A DNA stretch of 64,000 nucleotides from a virus (lineage: Duplodnaviria > Caudoviricetes). A program made the position numbers and the translations under genes. Where the stretch lies: the IMG/VR virus record IMGVR_UViG_3300033075_001896, positions 27,918-91,917 of that record; one strand, written 5' to 3'. Positions 27,143 to 35,186 of the stretch are shown here, one piece after another (positions within the stretch are counted from its first letter, which is position 1; each line of letters opens with the position of its first letter). The notes beneath the pieces are model-generated. The model ran no database searches and was not told the origin of the DNA. It was given only the letters and a program-made list of their open reading frames with translations.

Positions 27143-28567
27143 GTGGGCGTCCTCGATCAGGTCCCGATCCTCTACCTCTCGCTCGACGGCCAGCGCGCGC
27201 CCGCCGACCTCACGCGCCGGGTGCTCGAACTCACCGTCGACGAGGGCGAGAAGAAGGGCAAGGCCCTCGCGCTGCACGTCACGCTCAAGCTCGACGACGC
27301 GGACCACACGCTCCGCGAGCGCCTGCCGCAGGGGACGGTACTCGGCGTGCGGTGGGGGTATCCCGGCACGCTCTCCGCCCCGTTCGGCGCCGTCGTCCAC
27401 GAGGTCACGCCGAGCTACGACGACGCGACCGTGACGGTCGAGGCGTTCGGCCGGGAGCTTGAGCTCTCGCGCGGCGCGATCCGCCACGTCTTCGAGGGCC
27501 GCACCTTCCGCGAGGCCGCCGAGGAGATCGCGCGCCACGCGGGGCTCACGGTGCGCTTCGAGGCGGAGGACACGATCCGCTTCGACGGGCAGGTGATCGA
27601 CCACGAGACGGCCTGGAGCTGGATCACGCGCCGCTCCGCCGAACTCGGGCTCTCGGTCGAGATGGAGGGCGACACGATCGTGGTGCGGGAGCCGCCCGTG
27701 GGCGACCCCCCCGCGCTCGTGCTCCTCCACGGGTGGCGGAACGGCAACGTGCTCAACTTCGAGGTCAAGGAGGACACGAAGAAGGGGCGCACCGAGGACG
27801 AGGGGGTCGTGGCGCTCTTTCACGACCCGGCCTCGGGCCAGGTCCTCGCGCACGCGGCGGGCGACCCGAACACGACCCGGCAGACGCTCGCCGCGCGACG
27901 ACTCGCCGCCGAGCGCCGCCGCGCGCAGGCCGCCGAGGGGGCGGGGCTTTCGGCCTTCCTCGCGGCGCACCCCGACCTCCAGACCGCCACGCCCGAGGCG
28001 CAGGCCGAAGCGTGGCAGGCGTCGCGGGCGGCGGCCCGACGTTCGAACGCCGCGCCGACCGAGGACGACGCGGCGTTCTTCGTGGTGAGCACCGAGAGCG
28101 GGGAGGTGCTCTCCGAGGGCGGGCGCGCCCCGGTGACCTCACCGCCGAACGGAGCCCCCGAGGCCGGACGCGTCGTCACGCCGCCCGCGACGGGCTCGAC
28201 CGCCGCCGCGCGCCAGCACGTCGCGCGGGTGGCGTCGGCGACCTTCAAGCACCACGAGGCGCGGAAGGTCGAGGCCACCGCGAAGGCCCTCGGGCTCCCG
28301 CGCGCGCGCCGCGGGGTCCTCGTCAAGGTCCTCGGGGTCGAGGCCCGCGACGCGGGGCTCTGGCGGGCGAAGGGGTGCCGCCACACGATCGACGCGAGCG
28401 GCTACGAGACCGAGCTCACGCTCACGCGCGACGGCGTGAACGCGGGGCGGCGCAACCCGCGGCGCACCGGGGCCGCGCAGCCGACGCCCACCACGGGTCA
28501 GCCGGGGCGCGCCGCGGGGTCGCCGCAGACGACCGAGGCGCCCGATGTGGTGAACTTGGAGGAGTAG
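27143..28567 (+). CDS. Baseplate hub (late control D / gp27-like), inverted orientation
   Basis: LGVRWGYPG, ETAWSWITRRS, GLWRAKGCRHTIDASGYETEL; GTG start 15 nt after TGAC. Confidence 0.85.
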   Translation: MGVLDQVPILYLSLDGQRAPADLTRRVLELTVDEGEKKGKALALHVTLKLDDADHTLRERLPQGTVLGVRWGYPGTLSAPFGAVVHEVTPSYDDATVTVEAFGRELELSRGAIRHVFEGRTFREAAEEIARHAGLTVRFEAEDTIRFDGQVIDHETAWSWITRRSAELGLSVEMEGDTIVVREPPVGDPPALVLLHGWRNGNVLNFEVKEDTKKGRTEDEGVVALFHDPASGQVLAHAAGDPNTTRQTLAARRLAAERRRAQAAEGAGLSAFLAAHPDLQTATPEAQAEAWQASRAAARRSNAAPTEDDAAFFVVSTESGEVLSEGGRAPVTSPPNGAPEAGRVVTPPATGSTAAARQHVARVASATFKHHEARKVEATAKALGLPRARRGVLVKVLGVEARDAGLWRAKGCRHTIDASGYETELTLTRDGVNAGRRNPRRTGAAQPTPTTGQPGRAAGSPQTTEAPDVVNLEE

Positions 28568-28780
28568 CTCAGAAGGGCCAGCACCGTCGGCACAGGCAGA
28601 GCGACGTGCGCACGCGCCGCGGCAGGAGCCCCCGGCGCCAGTGCGCGTGCGGGTGCTCGAACCACGTCGGCCCGCCCGGGTGGCGTCGCGGCGGGGAGGC
28701 GACGGCGCCGAAGTGCACCGGGGCGCTCGGGATCGCGGCCGTCGCGCCGAAGGCCAGGAGCAGGAGTCCGAGCGGGTACC

Positions 28781-29356
28781 TCACCGGAGGTTCGCGCGGT
28801 CGAGCTGGAGGTACGCGACGACCTTCGCCATCGACTCCATGAGGGGCGCGTCGGTCGAGACCTCGACCGAGCGGACGCGCGTGTCGGCGAGCGCCCGATA
28901 ACGCTCGCGCATCGCGTCGCGCCGGGGGTCTTCGTCGAGCGCGGCGAGCGCCGAGGCGACGCGCGGGCGGTCGCGGAGGCGCGCGTTGAGCACCGCATCG
29001 GGCGCGGTGAGGAGGACGAGTACCGGTTCGATCCCCATCTCGGCGAGCGTGATCTCCTCGGCGCGCGCGAGCTCGGCGGCCCACCGCGCGCCCGTCACCG
29101 CGTAGCTCGTCCAGTGCGAACGGTCGAGGAGGTGCACGCCCGGGAGGTCGCGGACGAGGCAGTGGATGCGCGCGCGCTCGTACGCGTACCAGTACGCGCG
29201 GCGCACGTCGTCGGCGAGGTCCTTGGGGTCGTAGGGCGTCGCGTGGACGTGCCGATGCACGTGCGCGCCCTTGCCCGTGAGTTCGCCCGCGACGGCGGAG
29301 AGGATCGTGCCCTTCCCCACCGCGTCGGGGCCGTCGATCATGTAGAGCTGCTTCAT
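28781..29356 (-). CDS. Thymidylate kinase-like P-loop kinase
   Basis: IDGPDAVGKGT, LLDRS. Confidence 0.8.
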   Translation of the reverse strand: MKQLYMIDGPDAVGKGTILSAVAGELTGKGAHVHRHVHATPYDPKDLADDVRRAYWYAYERARIHCLVRDLPGVHLLDRSHWTSYAVTGARWAAELARAEEITLAEMGIEPVLVLLTAPDAVLNARLRDRPRVASALAALDEDPRRDAMRERYRALADTRVRSVEVSTDAPLMESMAKVVAYLQLDRANLR

Positions 29357-29970
29357 CGGTCATACCCCCGCGATGGCATGTCGTTTGGGTCGTAATCGAA
29401 CACGGGCCAGGCCCGCGCCGCCGACCTTTCGCCGTCGAGCCCCGACACGAACCAGGACCACCCTTCGCCCTTCACGAGGAGCACGCGCTGCTTCGGACGA
29501 TCGATCACACCGACCTGGACGCTTTGACCGAAGCCGAAGAACGGGACGGCCCACACGAACCGCCACGGATCGAACGGCAGGCCGCAGACCGAGACGGGTG
29601 GCGGGGTGTGGTAGCGCGTCCAGGCGCAGGGCCGCGGAGGCTCGATCGGGCACCCGTCGTTCCCGCAGTGCGGGCACGGCTCCGTGGGCTCCTTGGGGAC
29701 GCAGCCGTCCAGCCACGCGCCCATCGCCTTCGCATCGAAGCGAAACAACTTGATGAGCGCCTGGCACTCGCGGACGAACATCGCGTTCGCGTACGTGACC
29801 ATTGGAAGCGTCGAGGGCACCTCGGGCGCGTGCTCGACAAGGAGCACCTCGTAGCGTGAGATCAGGGCGATCGAGTCATCGACGGTGCCGATCTCGATCA
29901 CGTCCCCGCCGTCCTCTGCGTCGGCGACGGCGAGCATGAAGGCTTCCGAGAGATTCATGGCCGCGCTCAA
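29353..29970 (-). CDS. Hypothetical protein
   Basis: Operon overlap; CPHC motif. Confidence 0.5.
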   Translation of the reverse strand: MSAAMNLSEAFMLAVADAEDGGDVIEIGTVDDSIALISRYEVLLVEHAPEVPSTLPMVTYANAMFVRECQALIKLFRFDAKAMGAWLDGCVPKEPTEPCPHCGNDGCPIEPPRPCAWTRYHTPPPVSVCGLPFDPWRFVWAVPFFGFGQSVQVGVIDRPKQRVLLVKGEGWSWFVSGLDGERSAARAWPVFDYDPNDMPSRGYDR

Positions 29971-30440
29971 AGCAGAAACCGTGCACGCGCGCAGTCCGCG
30001 TCGGTGAGTCCGACCGCGAGGTCCGTCCGCACGAACCGTTCACCCGGCACCCCCACGAGCGGAAGGTCGTCGATCACACACCAGCGCTCGACCTCGGGGT
30101 GCGCGTCGAGCCACGCCCGAATCTCGAACCAACGCCCTTTCTCGGTGCGGCGGTCATCGTCCAGCGACACGGGGTTGTCGTCGGGGGTTGCGCCCACGAT
30201 GGGCGCGGTGAGGCCCGCGGCGCGCAGCACGTCCTCGGTGTGTGCGAGATACGTCCGCCACGAGGAGCTGATCACCAGCGACGCCCCCATCTCCGCGCAG
30301 AGCCGGTTGAGTCGGTCGATGCACGCGGGGTCAAGCCAGTCCACAGGCTTCGTCGTGCCGAGACGTGGCTTGAGCAGTTCGTACCACCCCGCGTGGTTGA
30401 GCACGCCGTCGATGTCGAGGAAGATCACGACGGGCATCAC
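29967..30440 (-). CDS. HAD-family protein (Swiss-Army-knife RNA-repair type)
   Basis: IFLDIDGVLN, ISSSWR, EIRAWL, VIDD, GLT. Confidence 0.88.
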   Translation of the reverse strand: MMPVVIFLDIDGVLNHAGWYELLKPRLGTTKPVDWLDPACIDRLNRLCAEMGASLVISSSWRTYLAHTEDVLRAAGLTAPIVGATPDDNPVSLDDDRRTEKGRWFEIRAWLDAHPEVERWCVIDDLPLVGVPGERFVRTDLAVGLTDADCARARFLL

Positions 30441-31252
30441 GCGTCCTCACTCTCGTCGGTCGCGTCCTCGGTCTCCTCGCACCACCGACAGACGAGCTTC
30501 TTGAAGCCCGTGTATTCGGCCGTCGCCTGGCAGGTGAGGCAGGCGCCCGTCTTGTCGCGGTAGCGCGCGGCCACCTGCGCGCGTCGGTCTTCCTGCGACA
30601 TGAAGGGCGGTGCCTCGTCCGCGCGCCGCAGGGCCTCGTCGCTGTAGCGGCGCATCCCGCGGTCGAGGAACATCACCGTGAGGAACACCCACGCGCCCAT
30701 CGCGAATCCCGTGACGTACGCGCCCATGCGTTCGGTTCCCACGGCATCGGCCACAGCGATGAAGCCTGCGCACGCCGAACCGAAGAGGACGAGTTCGTGC
30801 TTGAGCGCGCGCCACATCGAGGGCCGCGCAGTGGCGAGGAGGGCGCTTTCTTCGGCGGTGAGACCGCCCTCCGCGACCTCATCCAGCACCCGCACTGTGC
30901 TCGGCGTGAAGAAGTCGCCCACGTCGAGCTTCTTCTTGTCCTCGGGCGTGAGCGCGTGCGTCCACGTCTCGATCGCCGCGCCGGGCTTGCTCGTGCAGAC
31001 GAAGCCCTCCCCGGGCGACTCGTCCGCGCGCTGCGCGCGGCCCGCGTCGGTGATCGTGTAGCGGCGGAGCGGGAGGTCGCGCCCCTCGACCGGGAGGGCC
31101 TCGGACGTGACGAGGCCGCGGTCTTCGAGCGCCTGAAGGTGCACGTAGACGGTGCCGCGCTGGAGCGCCCCGTCGGCGCGTTCGACGAGCTCACGGCCGG
31201 TCTTCGGCCCGGTCGCGAGGAGGTGCAGGATGGTGCGGTGAGCGTCGTTCAT
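30437..31252 (-). CDS. PadR-like wHTH fused to two TM helices and a Zn ribbon
   Basis: GTVYVHLQALEDRGLV...RRYTITDAG; two hydrophobic segments; CLTC...CRWC. Confidence 0.75.
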   Translation of the reverse strand: MNDAHRTILHLLATGPKTGRELVERADGALQRGTVYVHLQALEDRGLVTSEALPVEGRDLPLRRYTITDAGRAQRADESPGEGFVCTSKPGAAIETWTHALTPEDKKKLDVGDFFTPSTVRVLDEVAEGGLTAEESALLATARPSMWRALKHELVLFGSACAGFIAVADAVGTERMGAYVTGFAMGAWVFLTVMFLDRGMRRYSDEALRRADEAPPFMSQEDRRAQVAARYRDKTGACLTCQATAEYTGFKKLVCRWCEETEDATDESEDA

Positions 31253-31557
31253 GGCGACGGCGGGATCGCAAGGCCCACGCCACCGGGCGTGCATCCGGCG
31301 TTGAGGCGCTCGATCGCGGCGCGCTCGTCGCGCGCGAGCGCGGGGAGGCGCTGGCAGACGAGGACGAGGACGGCCTGGGTGAGCACGCGCACCGAGGCCC
31401 GCGCGCCCGTCCCGCCCCCCGCGTAGCGGCGCACGGTCGACTCGCTCTCGCCCGCGAAGGCCGCGACCTCCGCGAGGTCGAGCTCGGCCAGGAGCGCCAC
31501 GAGGAGCCGTTGCGCGTCGGCGGTGAGGGCCTGGGAGGGCTTGGGGCGGCGGGCCAT
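31249..31557 (-). CDS. Small HTH protein
   Basis: LAEVAAFAGESESTVRRYA. Confidence 0.55.
   Translation of the reverse strand: MARRPKPSQALTADAQRLLVALLAELDLAEVAAFAGESESTVRRYAGGGTGARASVRVLTQAVLVLVCQRLPALARDERAAIERLNAGCTPGGVGLAIPPSP
31268..31282 (-). promoter_or_regulatory. Putative sigma54 -24/-12 promoter
   Basis: TGGCGTGGGCCTTGC, 15 nt before the PadR ATG. Confidence 0.6.
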
Positions 31558-31597
31558 CACCCGTCGCGGGCGCGTCAACGCGGCGCGCGGTTGGCGC

Positions 31598-32308
31598 TCA
31601 ATCCCCGTCGAGCATCGCGGCGTCGATCGCCAACGACTCGAAGAACTCCGCGATCACCCCGAGGAGTTCGGCCTGCGTGTCGCACACCGCGTACTCCCCC
31701 TCGTGGAAGTCCTCCCAGGTGTAGAGGTCCCCTTCGGTGCCGTCGGTGTAGCGCACGCGGAGGTGGTAGGCCGTGAAGCGGTGCTCGGGCGCGAGGCCGG
31801 GGGGATCGGGGAGGAGCTCGGTCACGAGGATTCGCTCGATCGCGGCGAGCCGCGTCCAGCCGACGCGCGGCGTCCCCGCGTCGGAGCCCCACACCGCATC
31901 GAGGAGCGCCACCGCGTCGGCCGCGAGGGCGGTCGGGGGCTTCGCGCGCGTCGAGGCGTCGAGGCCCATCGCGGCCGTCATCGCACCGTCCGACCAGTAC
32001 GCCCACCGCGCGGTCGCGTGCACGAGGTCGGCGGCGACGGTGCGCGTCGCGACGGTCGAGCGCAACACCACGTCGTGCCCCTTGGCCCGCGCGCGTTCGC
32101 CGTCGAGCCGGATTCGTTCGGCGACTTCGAGGTCGCGGGCGCGCGTGGGCGCGTCCGAGGCCGCGACGAGCGCGTCTTGTGCCGCGCCGAAGGTCCTCCA
32201 CAACGAATCGAGCTGGACGAGCGCGTTCGGGGAGAGAGCCCACGGGAACGCCGCGCGGAGGTCGTCCTCGGTCATGGCCTCGGTCTGGAGTCGGATCTCG
32301 TGCCTCAT
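31598..32308 (-). CDS. Hypothetical protein
   Basis: AAGGAG SD before MRHEIRLQ. Confidence 0.55.
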   Translation of the reverse strand: MRHEIRLQTEAMTEDDLRAAFPWALSPNALVQLDSLWRTFGAAQDALVAASDAPTRARDLEVAERIRLDGERARAKGHDVVLRSTVATRTVAADLVHATARWAYWSDGAMTAAMGLDASTRAKPPTALAADAVALLDAVWGSDAGTPRVGWTRLAAIERILVTELLPDPPGLAPEHRFTAYHLRVRYTDGTEGDLYTWEDFHEGEYAVCDTQAELLGVIAEFFESLAIDAAMLDGD

Positions 32309-32646
32309 CGTCGCTTCTCCTTCGTGCGCCTCTCCTTCACCGTCCGTGCCGCCGCGGTGGGGCGGCCCCGCGGCGGGATCGGGCACGCGGCCGAGACCTC
32401 GGGCACCTCGCGTTGCATGCGCCGCCACACGCTCGGCGCGATCCCCACCCGGCCCGCGGCGTCCCGCACCCGGTCGCGCGCGAGGGCGGCGGCCGTCCAG
32501 GCGGGCGCGAGCGCCGCGGCGAGGTGCTTCGCGGCCCGGTCGCGCGCCTCGCGCAAGGGGCCGCGCACGTCCTCGGGGTAGCCGTCGGGCACGAGGTCCA
32601 TCAGCGCGATCAGGCGGTGTACGGGGTCGTTTCGGTCGGTCGTCAT
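32305..32646 (-). CDS. Small protein, possible HTH regulator
   Basis: VRDAAGRVGIAPSVWRRM; TACGAT 6 nt before ATG. Confidence 0.5.
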   Translation of the reverse strand: MTTDRNDPVHRLIALMDLVPDGYPEDVRGPLREARDRAAKHLAAALAPAWTAAALARDRVRDAAGRVGIAPSVWRRMQREVPEVSAACPIPPRGRPTAAARTVKERRTKEKRR

Positions 32647-32688
32647 GGGCGGATCGTACGCGCCGAAACCGTGACAGGATACGACCAA

Positions 32689-32714
32689 AAAAGCAACGTT
32701 TGAGCGTTGCTTTT
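32689..32714. promoter_or_regulatory. Operator-like perfect inverted repeat in a divergent promoter region
   Basis: AAAAGCAACG-N6-CGTTGCTTTT. Confidence 0.7.
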
Positions 32715-32755
32715 GTCGCGCTCGCACGTACCTATCTACAGAAGCGAGGGCGAGG

Positions 32756-33070
32756 ATGCGCATCGTGCTCGAAGTGACGGTGGCGACGGGCGGTCTCACG
32801 GCGGACGACTTCATGGCGCGCGCGCTCGCGGGGCTCCGCTCGGTGAACGACCAGGGCGAGGAGCTCCTCACGGCGATGGAGGCGGCGGTCTCCCCCGCGC
32901 CCGTGACCTACGGCGCCCTCACCGCGGCGCGCACGCGCATCCCCCGCGCGGCGCTCCTCGCGTCGCTCGAAGCCCACGGCTGGCGCATCGCGGCCGTCGC
33001 GCGGGAGTTCGGCGTGTCGCGCGCGACCGTCCGCGACCGCATGGCGGACTACGGCATCACCCGGGCGTAA
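32756..33070 (+). CDS. Fis-type HTH protein
   Basis: ALLASLEAHGWRIAAVAREFGVSRATVRDRMADYGI. Confidence 0.75.
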   Translation: MRIVLEVTVATGGLTADDFMARALAGLRSVNDQGEELLTAMEAAVSPAPVTYGALTAARTRIPRAALLASLEAHGWRIAAVAREFGVSRATVRDRMADYGITRA

Positions 33071-33097
33071 CGCCCACGAAGGAAAGGACGAACGACC

Positions 33098-33445
33098 ATG
33101 GAAGCTCTCTTCACGGCAGACGACCTCATCCACGCCTACACCCGCGCGCAGGCCCTCGAAGACGGCGTGCTGGTGGACGTGACGGCCGCGGCGGACGCCG
33201 TGGGCGTGCGCGTCCACACCGCGATGACCGCGGGCCTCTTCGCGGACGTGGGTGGCGAGGACGGGGCGCGTCTCCTGCGCGCGTTCGGCGACGTGCGCGC
33301 GGCGCTCCTCGCGGCGCCCGCGGACGAAGACCGCGTGTACTTCACGCTGCGCGGCGTCGGGGGCGACGTCGACGCGTGGGCGCACATCGGCCCCGGCGAC
33401 GACGGCGAGCCCGTGCTCACGCTCATGCGCCAGGGCGAGGACTGA
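33098..33445 (+). CDS. DUF6573-like protein
   Basis: IHAYTRAQALEDGVLVDV...GPGDDGEPVLTLM. Confidence 0.75.
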   Translation: MEALFTADDLIHAYTRAQALEDGVLVDVTAAADAVGVRVHTAMTAGLFADVGGEDGARLLRAFGDVRAALLAAPADEDRVYFTLRGVGGDVDAWAHIGPGDDGEPVLTLMRQGED

Positions 33446-33501
33446 TCCACGGGCGAGGGGCGGGGCCTTCGGGCTCCGCCCCTCGCCAGGAGGATGCGAA
33501 G

Positions 33502-33834
33502 ATGAACATGAACCCGGAGCGTCTGCGTCTCCCGATCGTGTGCGACGGCTGCGGCGGTCTCGGCGAGATTCGCGCGCGGCGCGCGTCGCCCGAGGCCACC
33601 TGCGACCTCGAAGAGTGCCCCGACTGCCGCGGCAACGGCACGCGGTACGTCACGCTCGACCCGGGCGACCCGTGGGCGATCCTGCGCGCCCTGCGGGCCT
33701 TCCCGCCCGTCGATGCGACCGCCGACGAAGGCGCGAGCCTCGACGGCTGCGACGCGGTCGACGCCCTCGGCGCGCTGCGCGCGTTCCTCGACATCGCGCT
33801 CGCGCAGGCCCCGACCTCGGCCTTCCCGCGGTAG
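33502..33834 (+). CDS. Small Zn-finger protein
   Basis: CDGCGG...CPDCRG; AGGAGG SD. Confidence 0.6.
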   Translation: MNMNPERLRLPIVCDGCGGLGEIRARRASPEATCDLEECPDCRGNGTRYVTLDPGDPWAILRALRAFPPVDATADEGASLDGCDAVDALGALRAFLDIALAQAPTSAFPR

Positions 33835-34233
33835 CCCGAGGGGGTGTACGCTCCGCGCGTGCACCCCTACCGCACCCCCGCACCGCCACGCTGGCGCCTC
33901 ACGCCCTCTCGGGCGGCCCTGATCGTCGCAGGGCTTCTGTTCTTCGCCGCACTCACGTTCCTCGTACGCGTCTCGTGGCGCGTGTGGGGCGGTGGGTGAG
34001 CTGGAAGAGTCGCCGCCCCGATTCCCCCTCCGCACCCGGCCCGATGCCGGGCACACCCCGTCGCCCGATGCAACCGCACTCGATCGCGTACGTCCCGCAG
34101 TCGTCCGTGCTCGAACCTACGCCTGAGGTGATCCCGCCGCCGCCCGAGCCGTACGACGAGCTCGCCGACGCGGTGGCCGAGCGCGCCGCAGTCGAGCGAC
34201 TCAGGCGCGGGGAGTAACGCGGCACTTGCCGCC

Positions 34234-35184
34234 CTACCACGCGAGCCCGCTCCCGAGGAAGCTCGTGAGCCGCTGCGCGTCGGCCATCACGGCCGTGAGC
34301 TCCGCCTCGCGCTGCGCGAGCACGTTCCGCAGGGTGGGCTTCTCCGCCCACGCGCGCTCCAGGTCGAGGACCGTCTCACGGAGGAGATCGACCTCCACCG
34401 CGCGCAGCGCCCCTTCGCCCACCGGCAGGGCCGCGAGCCCGAGGAGGCGGTTGCGCACGGCGTCGAGGACCCCGCCCGCGCTGTTGCCGAGCGTGAGCGC
34501 GCTGCGGATCTCGGGCACGGCGCGCTTCAGGTGCACGAACGGGAGCACGAGGAGACTCTCGTCCTGGGAGCCCGTGCCGCCCTCGGCGGTGAAGTCGAGG
34601 TCGTCGTAGACCTCGCTGTAGGACCCGAGGCGCAGGATCACCTTGCGGTGCGTGGCGTCGCCGTCACTCGCGGCGGCGACCTCGACGCTCACGCGCCCGC
34701 CCGCGATGCCGAGCTCGCGCGCTTCGATGCGCGCGACGGGCGCCCCGCCGCCGTCGAGGATCGTGTCCCAGGCCCGCGCGGGCGAAGGGTCCGTGAAGGG
34801 GTCGGGGAAGGGCACGGTGTGCTCGCCGAGGACGATGGGCCCGCGGGTCGTCTCGGCGATGCGCGGCGTGAGGGTCGTGCCGTAGCTCGACTGGTAGGCC
34901 ACCTGCGCGGCTTCGAGGTAGCGGCAGAGGTTGGTGGCGCGCGTCCAGACCGGGCCCATCGCCGTCGTCCACGTGGTGAGCGCGGCGCTGTAGGTCGCGT
35001 CGTCGGCGTCGACCGTGGTGCGCAGGCGGGCGTTGTCGGCGTCGTAGGCCGCGCCCGTGGCGTTCAGGCGCGCGAGGAGCCCCTGCCCGTAGAGCTTCGC
35101 GGGCGCGTCGGCCGCGAGCGAGACGTGCGCGAGGGCCGTCCCGAGCGCGTCGCGCGTCGTCGTCCAGGTGATGACCGAGGGCAT
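34234..35184 (-). CDS. Putative virion protein downstream of the tape measure
   Basis: Starts 2 nt after the TMP stop; contains a sheath-like beta segment. Confidence 0.6.
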   Translation of the reverse strand: MPSVITWTTTRDALGTALAHVSLAADAPAKLYGQGLLARLNATGAAYDADNARLRTTVDADDATYSAALTTWTTAMGPVWTRATNLCRYLEAAQVAYQSSYGTTLTPRIAETTRGPIVLGEHTVPFPDPFTDPSPARAWDTILDGGGAPVARIEARELGIAGGRVSVEVAAASDGDATHRKVILRLGSYSEVYDDLDFTAEGGTGSQDESLLVLPFVHLKRAVPEIRSALTLGNSAGGVLDAVRNRLLGLAALPVGEGALRAVEVDLLRETVLDLERAWAEKPTLRNVLAQREAELTAVMADAQRLTSFLGSGLAW

Positions 35185-35186
35185 CG

